From Phycisphaerae bacterium (lineage in GTDB: Bacteria; Planctomycetota; Phycisphaerae; FEN-1346; JAACEH01), in contig JAAYDY010000072.1 of NCBI GenBank assembly GCA_012729015.1, forward strand, positions 8,920-72,919: 64,000 bases of DNA. Direction: 5' to 3'. Under the pieces are notes generated by a model. The model did no database searches, had not been told where the DNA came from, and saw nothing but the letters and a program-made list of their open reading frames with translations. Of this stretch, positions 20,805 to 29,438 are shown piece by piece. Numbering within the stretch: the stretch's first letter is position 1; each line of letters opens with the position of its first letter. The position numbers were made by a program, and so were the translations under genes.

Positions 20805-21179
20805 TTACTCTGCGCCGAGCAGCAGCGCGGCAGTTCCTGTGTCGTGGCCATCGGCATCCACCAGGCCGAAGCCGCCGCGGTAGTCCCAGTTGGCGAAGGC
20901 GATGTCCAGTTCGCCGAACACACTGACGATGTCGCGGTACCAGCGGCCGCGGGCAGGCTCAGGGGGCACCAGGCGGCAACCGAACTCGCCGCAATAGAGC
21001 GGCCGCGAAGTCTTCTTGCGCACCGCCAGCGGCTTGGCGAAGACTGCCAGCATCGCCTCGCGATCATAGGGCTCGTTCCATTTGTCCCACGTCTCGCGGC
21101 GCTCCGACTGGCTGAGCCAATGCGAGATGTTCGTGCCGCGTCTGATCACGAAACCCATGGTGTCGCTCCACTCAACCAA
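20805..21179 (-). pseudogene. GH5-like glycoside hydrolase remnant with internal deletion, copy C
   Basis: The 124-aa ORF joins an N-terminal-type strand (GFVIRRGTNISHWLSQ) directly to the nucleophile region (PLYCGEFG) and the C-terminus (FANWDYRGGFGLVDADGHDTGTAALLLGAE). It is far too short for an intact GH5 barrel. Confidence 0.55.
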
Positions 21180-21191
21180 GTCTGACGTCGA

Positions 21192-21947
21192 CTACTGATA
21201 CGCCAGCAAGTCCTTGCCGCCCAACTGGGTATACCGGGACAAGTCCTCCTCGGCTCCACCTTTGTCTCCATCGAGCTCACGTGCTTCCGCCCGAAGCCGA
21301 TAGGCATTTGTCAACCCCGGGAAGCTTTCGATTGCGGTACTGAAATCGGCAATGGCGCCGGCGTAGTCTCTCGCTGCAAGCCTCGCGAGCCCACGGAAGA
21401 GAGGACCGAAAACGGGCCGTTCACCTTCCAAGGAGATCGCCTCCGTCAGGTCGTCGATCGCGCCTGCCAAGTCACCGACACGATGTCTGGCCTTACCCCG
21501 GTTCAGCAGGCCCGATAGTCGTCCCTCTGGTGAGACCTCCATGTCCGTGGTGAAGTCTGAAATCGCGGCAGCATAGTCACCAATGGTCACACGCGCTCGG
21601 CCTCGATGGAAGAACGCGTAGGGGTGCCTGGGATCGATGGCGATGGCCGCCAAGTAGTCCTCGATAGCACCTGACGAGTCGCCGGCCCGAGCCCTGGCAT
21701 CCGCTCGACACGTGTACCCCTTGGGGTTGGTCGGCCACCGGGCGATCATTGTGCTGAAATCCGCAATCGCCCCCTGAAGGTCACGGCTGAACATCTTGGC
21801 CCGGCCGCGCTCCTCCAACGCCCAGGAGTTGTCGGGATTGGCGTCCACCACGGCATCCAGAAGGGGCACGGCTTCGGCCGAATGTCCGCTCCGGATGAGG
21901 CGACTTGCTTCTTTCAGCTTGCTCTGTGATGGATCAGTGTCTGTCAT
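21192..21947 (-). CDS. Tetratricopeptide (TPR) repeat protein
   Basis: 251-aa ORF with repeated 34-aa units, for example GAIADFSTMIARWPTNPKGY, GAIEDYLAAIAIDPRHPYAFFHRG, AAISDFTTDMEV and GAIADFSTAIESFPG. Confidence 0.85.
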   Translation of the reverse strand: MTDTDPSQSKLKEASRLIRSGHSAEAVPLLDAVVDANPDNSWALEERGRAKMFSRDLQGAIADFSTMIARWPTNPKGYTCRADARARAGDSSGAIEDYLAAIAIDPRHPYAFFHRGRARVTIGDYAAAISDFTTDMEVSPEGRLSGLLNRGKARHRVGDLAGAIDDLTEAISLEGERPVFGPLFRGLARLAARDYAGAIADFSTAIESFPGLTNAYRLRAEARELDGDKGGAEEDLSRYTQLGGKDLLAYQ

Positions 21948-22039
21948 GGTTCCGCTGACTGTACCCAGCCCTTACAGGGTGCGAGCCCAGATCCCACCCC
22001 AAGAAGATATCGCAACATACGAGAGGCCGACAAGCAGAA

Positions 22040-22106
22040 AGCAGTTCAGTAGTGGGCGAGGCGCCAGTCTGTTGCAGATTGAACATCCAATATTCAATCT
22101 GCAAGA
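22040..22106 (+). repeat. Repeat R1: about 67-nt element with a perfect 11-bp hairpin
   Basis: Stem ttgcagattga (22072-22082), 11-nt loop, stem tcaatctgcaa (22094-22104), preceded by agcagt..gtgggcgag. It is AT-rich relative to the genome and has a direct-orientation partner at 23393-23459. Confidence 0.8.
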
Positions 22107-22243
22107 AACGGCCAGCCAGTCGGGCCACTCGCCCAGGGCACATGTCTGGCTTCACTTGCCCTTGTGTTGCCTGACGTTGAGCGCCTTCCAGAGAAGCAAG
22201 GGATGGGTCCGGATTCGCTCAACCATCTTGGCCTCGGCAGTCA

Positions 22244-22357
22244 GCAATTCTGGTCTGATCCGGCCATGGTCAAGGAGCTCGTCCAAGAAGTCGAGTTCGT
22301 TAGCTGCCAGCCCGTGGCCTGCGATTCATTCATCAGCCGCTCGCGGGAGACCTTCAT
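22244..22357 (-). pseudogene. Probable truncated AbiEii-type toxin gene remnant
   Basis: The ATG at 22357 overlaps the AbiEi stop (ATGA). The frame reads MKVSRERLMNESQATGW..., which resembles AbiEii/DUF1814 N-termini, but stops after 37 codons. Too short to appear in the ORF track. Confidence 0.35.
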
Positions 22358-23154
22358 ACCACCTCCTCCCAGACCCGTTCAGTCAACTGCTTTGGAACGA
22401 TCAGATTCCAGTCGCCTACCAGTTCTCCGCCCTTGCCGCGGTCCAGGTAGTGGGGCTGCTTGGGCCGCAGCTTCCGCAGGGGTTCAAGATGCCGGCTTTC
22501 CACCATTAGCGATTGTGCATGCCGCTCTAGGTAGTAGCCCACCGCAGCCGCAGTCGTACGGTTGTTCAGCAGCTTGGCGTATTCGACCACCAAGTCTAAG
22601 TCGAAGTATTCGACCGACTCCAGTGACCGCCACACCTCTTCCCAGCCTCCGCCCAAATCTTGGCGGTCGTGCAAATCGACGAGCGTTCGCTCGAGGCTTG
22701 CCACCCGGACGTCCACTCCCGATCGTTCGACGTTCGTCGTGGCGAAGAACGGCTTGTTCCGCTCGCGCAAGGCCTTGGGGAACAGGACGCATTCGAATCG
22801 GTACGCCCGGAAGCTTGCTGGGCGGTGCAGCCGAGCACTCTGGAAGAAGTACCGTTCGAACACGGAGTGGGCCTTGCCATGGACCTCAAGGGCCGTATGG
22901 TAGGCCAGGACTGCATCTTCGGCCAGCTTCGCCGCCACCAGGTAGGGGTCAACGGGGCAGGTTTCCGGATCGCCGCCGGGCGGGACAACCGCATACAATC
23001 CCCGCCGCACCCGAAGAAGCCGTCCTTCCTTGAGATAGTAGGACAACAGTGCCTCACGGGAGCGCTTGTTGCGTGAGTGCTTCTGGTCGAGATACGCCTG
23101 AAGTTCTTCCAAGGTAAGAACGGGCCTGTTGGAAACCAGTTGCTGGAGTGTCAT
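22354..23154 (-). CDS. AbiEi-family type IV toxin-antitoxin antitoxin / transcriptional regulator
   Basis: ORF 22354..23523, trimmed to MTLQQLVSNRPVLTLEELQAYL.... It continues GRLLRVRRGLYAVVPPG...YLVAAKLAEDAVLAYHTALEVHG...VRVASLERTLVDL, the typical AbiEi architecture. Confidence 0.75.
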   Translation of the reverse strand: MTLQQLVSNRPVLTLEELQAYLDQKHSRNKRSREALLSYYLKEGRLLRVRRGLYAVVPPGGDPETCPVDPYLVAAKLAEDAVLAYHTALEVHGKAHSVFERYFFQSARLHRPASFRAYRFECVLFPKALRERNKPFFATTNVERSGVDVRVASLERTLVDLHDRQDLGGGWEEVWRSLESVEYFDLDLVVEYAKLLNNRTTAAAVGYYLERHAQSLMVESRHLEPLRKLRPKQPHYLDRGKGGELVGDWNLIVPKQLTERVWEEVV

Positions 23155-23392
23155 GACGACCCTCACTTGACGATACACGACGAAACCCATAGTCTCATTA
23201 AGTGCTACGTCGAACAAGTTCAAGTGTCGGCCTTCCCCGCCGCACACTTGATGAAACCCGACGAAACACCGCATTATATTACGTGTTTCGTCTGGTTTTG
23301 TCAAGACACAAGGAGTCTCGTAAGCCGTTGCTCCGTCACTCGCACTGGACACCATCATGGCCTCCGCCAGGCAAACGCCCGTCTTGACAGCC

Positions 23393-23459
23393 AGCAGTGC
23401 GGTGGTGGGCGAGATGTCGGCCCCTTGCAGATTGAATATCCGATCTTCAATCTGCAAGA
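23393..23459 (+). repeat. Repeat R2: second copy of the hairpin element
   Basis: Stem ttgcagattga (23425-23435), 11-nt loop, stem tcaatctgcaa (23447-23457). About 80% identical to R1 over about 67 nt, in the same orientation. Confidence 0.8.
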
Positions 23460-23551
23460 CCCACGCACCGGCTAGAGCCCCTCGCGGCACCCAAATGGCC
23501 GCCGCGTGACTAATCCTTGACACTTGCTTGGATTAGTCTACCATTTGTAAC

Positions 23552-24157
23552 ATGGCTGAAGAAACCAAGATGCGCCGGCTCCTGGAGTTTGTGGAGCGGC
23601 ACGGCGTGGTGCATGCCCGCGACCTGAAGTCGCTGGGCGTACCTCGGGAGTATCTCCGTCGGCTGTGCGACCGAGGGGTTCTGGTCAGAACTGGCCGCGG
23701 CCTTTACCTGACACCGAGAGCCGCCGACACCGCTCATCTTGACTTGGCTCAGGTTGCAAAGGCGATTCCCAATGCGGTAATCTGCCTGGTGTCGGCTCTT
23801 CAGTTTCACGAGATAGGCACACAGATACCCCACGATGTCTGGCTGGCACTCGACCGCCGCGCCGCTCGGCCCGCCGTTACCTACCCGCCAGTACGCATTG
23901 TACGTTTCTCCGGCAAAGCCCTGACCGAGGGCGTACAGCAGCACGATATTGTCGGCGTCCGGGTGAATGTCTACGGGCCGGCCAAGACGGTGGCGGACTG
24001 CTTCAAGTACCGCAACAAGGTCGGTCTCGACGTGGCGCTGGAAGCCCTGCGGGACGTTCGGCGCACACGCCGCTGCACAAACGACGAGCTCTGGACCTAC
24101 GCGGAGATCTGCCGCGTGACGAATGTCATGCGGCCCTACATGGAGGTCATCGGATGA
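23552..24157 (+). CDS. AbiEi_4-like antitoxin-domain protein
   Basis: 201-aa ORF. RRLLEFVERHGVVHARDLKSLGVPREYLRRLCDRGVLVRTGRGLYLTP is a wHTH of AbiEi_4 type. Its stop overlaps the next start (ATGA at 24154-24157). Confidence 0.7.
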   Translation: MAEETKMRRLLEFVERHGVVHARDLKSLGVPREYLRRLCDRGVLVRTGRGLYLTPRAADTAHLDLAQVAKAIPNAVICLVSALQFHEIGTQIPHDVWLALDRRAARPAVTYPPVRIVRFSGKALTEGVQQHDIVGVRVNVYGPAKTVADCFKYRNKVGLDVALEALRDVRRTRRCTNDELWTYAEICRVTNVMRPYMEVIG

Positions 24158-24471
24158 GCGGACGGAAGGCTAACGTCTACTTCAAGAATCGTCTGGCGGG
24201 TCAACTCCACGAGACAGACTGCGGCTTTGTGTTTCAGTATGATCCGGTCTACCTTGCCAATGGCAAGCCTATCTCCCTCACGCTACCAGTGCGGGCGGAG
24301 CCGTATGTGAGCGAGAAGTTGCCGTCGTTCTTTGAGGGACTGCTACCTGAGGGCTGGTACGAGGAGATCGTGTCCAAGGTTCTGAAGGTCGACCCTGTAG
24401 ATCGGTTTGGCATGCTGCTGGCCACGTGTCGGGACTGTGTCGGCGCCGCATCTATCGAACCGGCAGAGTAG
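24154..24471 (+). CDS. HipA N-terminal-domain protein (HipS-like), no kinase partner
   Basis: 105 aa. VYFKNRLAGQLHETDCGFVFQYDPVYL...LPSFFEGLLPEGW matches the HipA N-subdomain signature. The gene ends 62 nt from the convergent hsdM stop, leaving no room for a HipA/HipT kinase domain. Confidence 0.7.
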   Translation: MSGRKANVYFKNRLAGQLHETDCGFVFQYDPVYLANGKPISLTLPVRAEPYVSEKLPSFFEGLLPEGWYEEIVSKVLKVDPVDRFGMLLATCRDCVGAASIEPAE

Positions 24472-24532
24472 GGCGTGGCGAGGTCAAATGGAGCGTCTCT
24501 CGGATAGCACTGCCATAGCCGCCTCCGTAGGA

Positions 24533-26074
24533 TCATGCACCAGGTTCCAGGTCATTGGCTATGGCGTTAAACTGCTCCAACGCCGCCTGAAGATCATCGG
24601 CAATCTCGGTGGCCAACACGTCCGGCTCAGGCAGGTTCTCGCCGTCCTCCAAGCTCTCGTCCCGCAGCCAGAACAGGTCCAGGCTCACCTTGTCCCGTTT
24701 CAGCAGGTCCTCGTAGTCGTAGCACCGCCAGCGGCCATCGGGATTCTTCTCCTCATCCCATGTGGCCTTCCGCTTGCCGATGGCTCCCGGCTTGTAGCAC
24801 GCGACGAACTCGTCAAAATCACGCCGCCGAATCGGGTCCTGCTTGAGCGTGAAGTGCATGTTGGTCCGCAGATCGTAGACCCACAGCTTGCTCGTCCATG
24901 CCTGCTCGCGGCCCGGCTTCTTGTCGAAGAAGATGACATTGGCCTTCACACCAGGCGAATACCAGATGCCCGTCGGCAAGCGGATCAGCGTGTGCACGTC
25001 GCACTGCGTCAGCAACTGCCGACGGACCTTCTCACCGGCCCCGCCCTCGAAGAGCACGTTGTCGGGTACCACCACTGCCGCCCGACCGTTGATCGCCAGC
25101 AGCGAGTTGATGTGCTGGACGAAGTTCAGCTGCTTGTTGCTGGTCGGTGCCCAGAAGTCCTCGCGAACAACGACCTGTTTCTCCTTCTCCAACTCCCCGT
25201 CCTCGTTGACGTAGGACACGCTGGACTTCTTGCCGAACGGTGGATTGGTCAGCACCATCGAGTACCGCCGTCCCCACGCCTTGGCCAGGCTGTCGTGCCC
25301 GGCGTGGACCGGGCTGTCATCGCCACCGATCCCGTGCAGGTAGAGGTTCATGGCACAGAGCCTGGCTGTGTTCGGCACCAGTTCCATGCCTTCGACCAGC
25401 TTCTCCTTCACCCGCTTAAGCTGGGACCGGTTCATGTCCTTGCCGTGATGGTCGATCACGTACTGATAGGCGGCCAGCAAGAAGCCGCCGGTGCCGGCCG
25501 CCGGGTCGCAAATGCCGTCGTCGGGCGTGGGCTGCATCACGTCGACGACAGCCTCGATGACCGGCCGGGGGGTGAAATACTGGCCAGCCCCTTTGGGACT
25601 CTCGGCTGCCGACCGCTGTAGCAGTTCCTCGTAGATGGTTCCCTTCACATCAGCCCCGAGGCCCATCCAGTTGTCCCGGTCGATCAGGTCAACGATCAGC
25701 CGCCGGAGTTTCGCCGGGTCGGCAATCTCGTTCTTGGCCTTCAGGAAGATGGTCCCCAGCATGCCGCCCCGCTTGCCGAGTTCCTCCAGCGTCTTCCGGT
25801 AATGAGCCTCCAGGTCCACGCCGTCCCGCTTGACGAGGTTCGGCCAGTCATACGGAGCCGGCACGATGGGCTTCTGATCGTAAGGCGGCTTCGTCACTTC
25901 ATCTGCCATCTTCAGAAAGAGCAGGTACGTGATCTGCTCAATGTACGCCTGGTAGCTCAACCCGTCGTCCCGCAGAACGTGGGCGAAGCTCCATGCCCGG
26001 TTGCCGATTTGCGAAGTGTCCAGACTCACTTTGCCCCCATGGCCTGTGGCCAACCATCCTTCTCGCGACTTCAA
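24533..26074 (-). CDS. hsdM: Type I restriction-modification system, N6-adenine DNA methyltransferase subunit
   Basis: 513-aa ORF with LFLKMADE, GQYFTPRPV, DPAAGTGGFL and the catalytic VLTNPPFG. The longest ORF starts at a TTG (26074); the GTG at 26029 is an alternative. Confidence 0.95.
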   Translation of the reverse strand: MKSREGWLATGHGGKVSLDTSQIGNRAWSFAHVLRDDGLSYQAYIEQITYLLFLKMADEVTKPPYDQKPIVPAPYDWPNLVKRDGVDLEAHYRKTLEELGKRGGMLGTIFLKAKNEIADPAKLRRLIVDLIDRDNWMGLGADVKGTIYEELLQRSAAESPKGAGQYFTPRPVIEAVVDVMQPTPDDGICDPAAGTGGFLLAAYQYVIDHHGKDMNRSQLKRVKEKLVEGMELVPNTARLCAMNLYLHGIGGDDSPVHAGHDSLAKAWGRRYSMVLTNPPFGKKSSVSYVNEDGELEKEKQVVVREDFWAPTSNKQLNFVQHINSLLAINGRAAVVVPDNVLFEGGAGEKVRRQLLTQCDVHTLIRLPTGIWYSPGVKANVIFFDKKPGREQAWTSKLWVYDLRTNMHFTLKQDPIRRRDFDEFVACYKPGAIGKRKATWDEEKNPDGRWRCYDYEDLLKRDKVSLDLFWLRDESLEDGENLPEPDVLATEIADDLQAALEQFNAIANDLEPGA

Positions 26075-26077
26075 CGC

Positions 26078-26605
26078 TTAACTTCTGCTTCCCATCAGCC
26101 GCCTGGCTTCTTCCCGAGCGGCTTGGGTGAACCTCTTCTCCACCTCGTCAACAGTCCGCAGAGCATCAAGGAATGGCCCCACGTATTCCTTGCCGTCGAA
26201 GTTGCCGGCTTTGTACTGGTCTTTGAACGCCCCGAGTATTGTGCTGATGCGGTCTCTCACGTCGTGTACCTGGCCGGCGTACTCCTTCAAGTGTTCGAAG
26301 TGCAGCGACACCAACATCCTGATGGTCTCGTAGTGTCGATTCTCTTCGTCTGACCGATGACGATTGATCGTGATGTCGAGGGCTTGGTTGTAACTGATCT
26401 CGCCCATCATCACTTTGGCGTAATGGGCGTGCTCCGACACCAGGAGCTTACAGAAGCCAGAGAAGGCCATGAACAACTGTTCGAGTTTCTGCCGCCTGAT
26501 GGCCCTGTCGTCCCTGCTGACCGAGAGCCTATGTGCAACCATTGCAGCGACGACCCCGCTGCACACCACCGTAAGGACTGCGAGAAGTACCTGCGGACCG
26601 CTCAT
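26078..26605 (-). CDS. Hypothetical single-pass membrane protein wedged between hsdS and hsdM
   Basis: 175-aa ORF with N-terminal TM segment PQVLLAVLTVVCSGVVAAMVA. Its ATG overlaps the hsdS stop (ATGA at 26602-26605), and its stop lies 3 nt before the longest hsdM ORF. Confidence 0.5.
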   Translation of the reverse strand: MSGPQVLLAVLTVVCSGVVAAMVAHRLSVSRDDRAIRRQKLEQLFMAFSGFCKLLVSEHAHYAKVMMGEISYNQALDITINRHRSDEENRHYETIRMLVSLHFEHLKEYAGQVHDVRDRISTILGAFKDQYKAGNFDGKEYVGPFLDALRTVDEVEKRFTQAAREEARRLMGSRS

Positions 26606-28191
26606 GGCTTCGTCCTCCGGGTCTTCTTGCGGGGGCGTGTGGGCTTGGCCTTTGGCTTGGCGGCGTTCTGGGCCTGGCGTTCGGACCGGATGCGTTCGAG
26701 GAGGGCCGAGGCCGGTTCGTCGTTGGGGTCCTGGGCGACGAGCTTGCCCTCGAAGGCCCGCTTCAGGATGCTCTGACGCAGGCGGACGGCTCGTCGCAGC
26801 TGCTTCTCGACGGCATGTTCTGCAGACTCAATGACCGACATTCGCTCTTCCACCATGCTGACAATCTCACGGAGTTCAGTTAGCGAGGGAAGCGGAAGCA
26901 CCTGATTCAGAATGTGGCCAGTTGATACCCGCTGATGACCGGCACTCGACTTGGCTAACGCCTCAATGCGTCGCCTGATCATGGAGGATGCAAAGCAGAC
27001 CACAAGGTAGTCGGCCAGATCGTTCATGAGCGGTTTTCCGCAGAAGATACGATCCGGGAATGCGACTCGTCTTCGATTCAGGCCCCTTACAGTCGAGCAG
27101 ACGGCGACATACTCAATGCTGCCGCTCAGCCGGGTAAAAAGAACATCCCCGTTGCACAGAATGCATTGCTCCCCATCTGCCTTCGCGTCAGGGACATACC
27201 GCACGTCGTCCAAGTCTAAACGACCGGGCCGGACGGAGCTTGACCTCAGTATGGGAAGTGTGGTCGACTCATCCTGCGGCACAACGGTGGAGCCACTGCG
27301 GAGTTCCGACAGCAGGTGGTTACACGTTGCCCAGCACCATCCGGGAGGCAGGTCGGGGAGGCCGGTTGTGTCGGGGGCGGCGGGGGGCTGGTACTTGGCC
27401 TCGACCTTCTTGCGTTCGGCGGGCAGCTTGTCGGCGATCTTGGCTTCGTCCCAGCCGGCCTTCTGCTTGCGGGCCTTCCAGGCGTCGAGCTGGTCGGCGA
27501 TCCACCGTTTGCGGCGTTCGACAAGGATTCGCTCCAGCAGGACCTCGGCCGGCTCAACGTCCGGATGCTCGGCCCGCCACGCAGCAGTCAGCCGCCCCTC
27601 GACGGCCGCCTTGAGCACGCTGGACCGATACCGCTTCAGATTCTTCCGCACCCGTCCCAACGCCGCCACGCCTGCATCCAGGTCTGTCAACAACTCCTCA
27701 ATCTTCTCCACAATCCGCCGCTGCTCGTCCCCGGGAGGAATCAGAAGCTCTGACGCCTCGAACTTCCCCTTCGTGATGTGAGCCAGCCCAGCAGCGCCAT
27801 GTGCTGCCGCAATGTACTCGGCTAGATTCTGATTGATCGCGTACCTGAGAAACCGCTTGTCGATCTCTGCGTCGTTGAACTCAATGCGGAAGATGTGCTG
27901 GTTCAGCAAGGCTGGCCCACGGTTCCAGATGTGTGCCCCGAAAGACGTACCTGGAGTGCCGGACCAGGCAAACAGGAGATCGCCATCACGCACGTGATAC
28001 TTGTTCGCAATCCTGTCTGGACAATGGTTAAACTCGGCTTGGGTGTCGTTGAGATTCTGAATGCGGATGATGGGAAGGCCCTCGCCTTTCCAGTGCGACG
28101 GCTTGAAGGCAAAACCATTGACGAGTGTCATCAATTCGCCAACACGTGCCTTCGTCCAACCCTGCGGAAGCTGTCCATCGTTACTGCTCAA
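26602..28191 (-). CDS. hsdS: Type I R-M specificity subunit (two target-recognition domains, long central coiled coil)
   Basis: 529-aa ORF, TTG start. LPQGWTKARVGEL and LPPGWCWATCNHL open the two TRDs. Conserved helices are QRRIVEKIEELLTDLDAGVAAL and REIVSMVEERMSVIESAE. TRD2 DNA is visibly lower in GC. Confidence 0.9.
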   Translation of the reverse strand: MSSNDGQLPQGWTKARVGELMTLVNGFAFKPSHWKGEGLPIIRIQNLNDTQAEFNHCPDRIANKYHVRDGDLLFAWSGTPGTSFGAHIWNRGPALLNQHIFRIEFNDAEIDKRFLRYAINQNLAEYIAAAHGAAGLAHITKGKFEASELLIPPGDEQRRIVEKIEELLTDLDAGVAALGRVRKNLKRYRSSVLKAAVEGRLTAAWRAEHPDVEPAEVLLERILVERRKRWIADQLDAWKARKQKAGWDEAKIADKLPAERKKVEAKYQPPAAPDTTGLPDLPPGWCWATCNHLLSELRSGSTVVPQDESTTLPILRSSSVRPGRLDLDDVRYVPDAKADGEQCILCNGDVLFTRLSGSIEYVAVCSTVRGLNRRRVAFPDRIFCGKPLMNDLADYLVVCFASSMIRRRIEALAKSSAGHQRVSTGHILNQVLPLPSLTELREIVSMVEERMSVIESAEHAVEKQLRRAVRLRQSILKRAFEGKLVAQDPNDEPASALLERIRSERQAQNAAKPKAKPTRPRKKTRRTKP

Positions 28192-29397
28192 TCACACGTC
28201 TCCTGCCAGGTCCAGCAAGTCCTCGTAGCGTGTCGCTACTGCCGCCTTGAACGACAGAACCTTCTTCACGTCCCTGTCGTCCCTGAGCTTCTTCAGGATT
28301 CCCAATTCACGCGAACCAGACCCCTCAATGATCCGCCGGATGATCGGGGCCGCCCGGTCGCTGTAGAACACCTCCCGAACATGCCCGTATCTGGTGAGAC
28401 CGCCTGGCGTTCCGACGTAGCAGAGCACGAGCCACTTCAGGATCTCCGTGGCCACCTCGTCGGATTGACACTGCGTTAAGCCGCCGACGTCTTCGAGTTC
28501 CTCCAGCGGCGGTGGATGACGTTCATAGTTGCTCCAGCCATGGCCGACTTCGCGGAGACGCCCGAGCAGCCCCGAGAAGAAGTCGTTACGCGTGGCCTGC
28601 TTCAGGTATGCCATTGCCCCTGCGGCGTGGGCCACTTTCATAACGGCCAAAGTGGGCACGGCACGACCGACACGGCCCTGCAGATCAGCCGCTGCGGCAA
28701 TCCTCACCGGAGTACGAGTAGCTCCGGCCAGGTGTTTGATCATCTCGAGTGCGTTGACCCGAACTACGTCGGGTTTCTCTGTATCTAGGGCAGATGACAC
28801 CAGAAAGAGCATGATCTCGCGTTGGCGAGGTTCCGGAGCATTTGCATAGTCGTCGAGGAACTGCTGCTCGGGAAACTGAGGGCGGTCTTGTTCAATCGCG
28901 TCCTTCACATCGGTCACGCGAAGCAGCTGAACCGGATCGCGGCTCAGGACAGCCTCGATGCACGTCTTGAAGATGTAGACGCAGTCCTCAAGGCCGGCTT
29001 CGTACTCATCGTCCTCGTGTTCCAGGTCCCGCCGGATGTCGTAGCACCGTTTGAGCTTCCTCCACTCGGCTCGCGTCAGGAGTCCCATCCGATAGGCCAA
29101 GTCCATGATCTTGTCGTTGGAGTAGTTCTCGATGTCCTCCGGCTTGCTGACGGGCGGCAGCTTGTGTATCTCCGCGGCCTGCTTGGCGATGTCCAAACCG
29201 GCGATGACGATCTTCTCGCGAAGATCATGTATTGCTGCATTCAGCAGACGCTGGCATGCACTGCTGGGGTCCACAGGCATGAGTCGGGTGACTCGCTCGA
29301 TGAGAGAACGATCCGCCCATGCCGGCCTGATCTGGGCAAGGAGGGCCTGTGCTGGGGCAAGTTCCGCTTCTCTCTCAATGGGAAGATCGTCTGCCAT
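28192..29397 (-). CDS. Hypothetical 401-aa protein inside the hsd operon; N-terminal helical region with an Rx4H (HEPN-like) motif
   Basis: ORF whose TGA directly abuts the hsdS TTG. RRDLEH (residues 122-127, nt 29017-29034) lies in an all-helical context, ...WRKLKRCYDIRRDLEHEDDEYEAGLEDCVYIFKTCIEAVL. No other motif recognised. Confidence 0.55.
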   Translation of the reverse strand: MADDLPIEREAELAPAQALLAQIRPAWADRSLIERVTRLMPVDPSSACQRLLNAAIHDLREKIVIAGLDIAKQAAEIHKLPPVSKPEDIENYSNDKIMDLAYRMGLLTRAEWRKLKRCYDIRRDLEHEDDEYEAGLEDCVYIFKTCIEAVLSRDPVQLLRVTDVKDAIEQDRPQFPEQQFLDDYANAPEPRQREIMLFLVSSALDTEKPDVVRVNALEMIKHLAGATRTPVRIAAAADLQGRVGRAVPTLAVMKVAHAAGAMAYLKQATRNDFFSGLLGRLREVGHGWSNYERHPPPLEELEDVGGLTQCQSDEVATEILKWLVLCYVGTPGGLTRYGHVREVFYSDRAAPIIRRIIEGSGSRELGILKKLRDDRDVKKVLSFKAAVATRYEDLLDLAGDV

Positions 29398-29438
29398 AGA
29401 CAGCCCTCATCTTGCACACCACTGGGATTCGCCCGTGA

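Noticed and set aside
22040-23459. Hairpin repeats R1/R2 as duplicated tRNA 3' halves (classical att sites)
   Set aside because: An 11-bp contiguous stem with an 11-nt loop does not fit a T-arm plus acceptor geometry. Only R2 ends in a CCA-like ...CGCCCACCA on the reverse strand.
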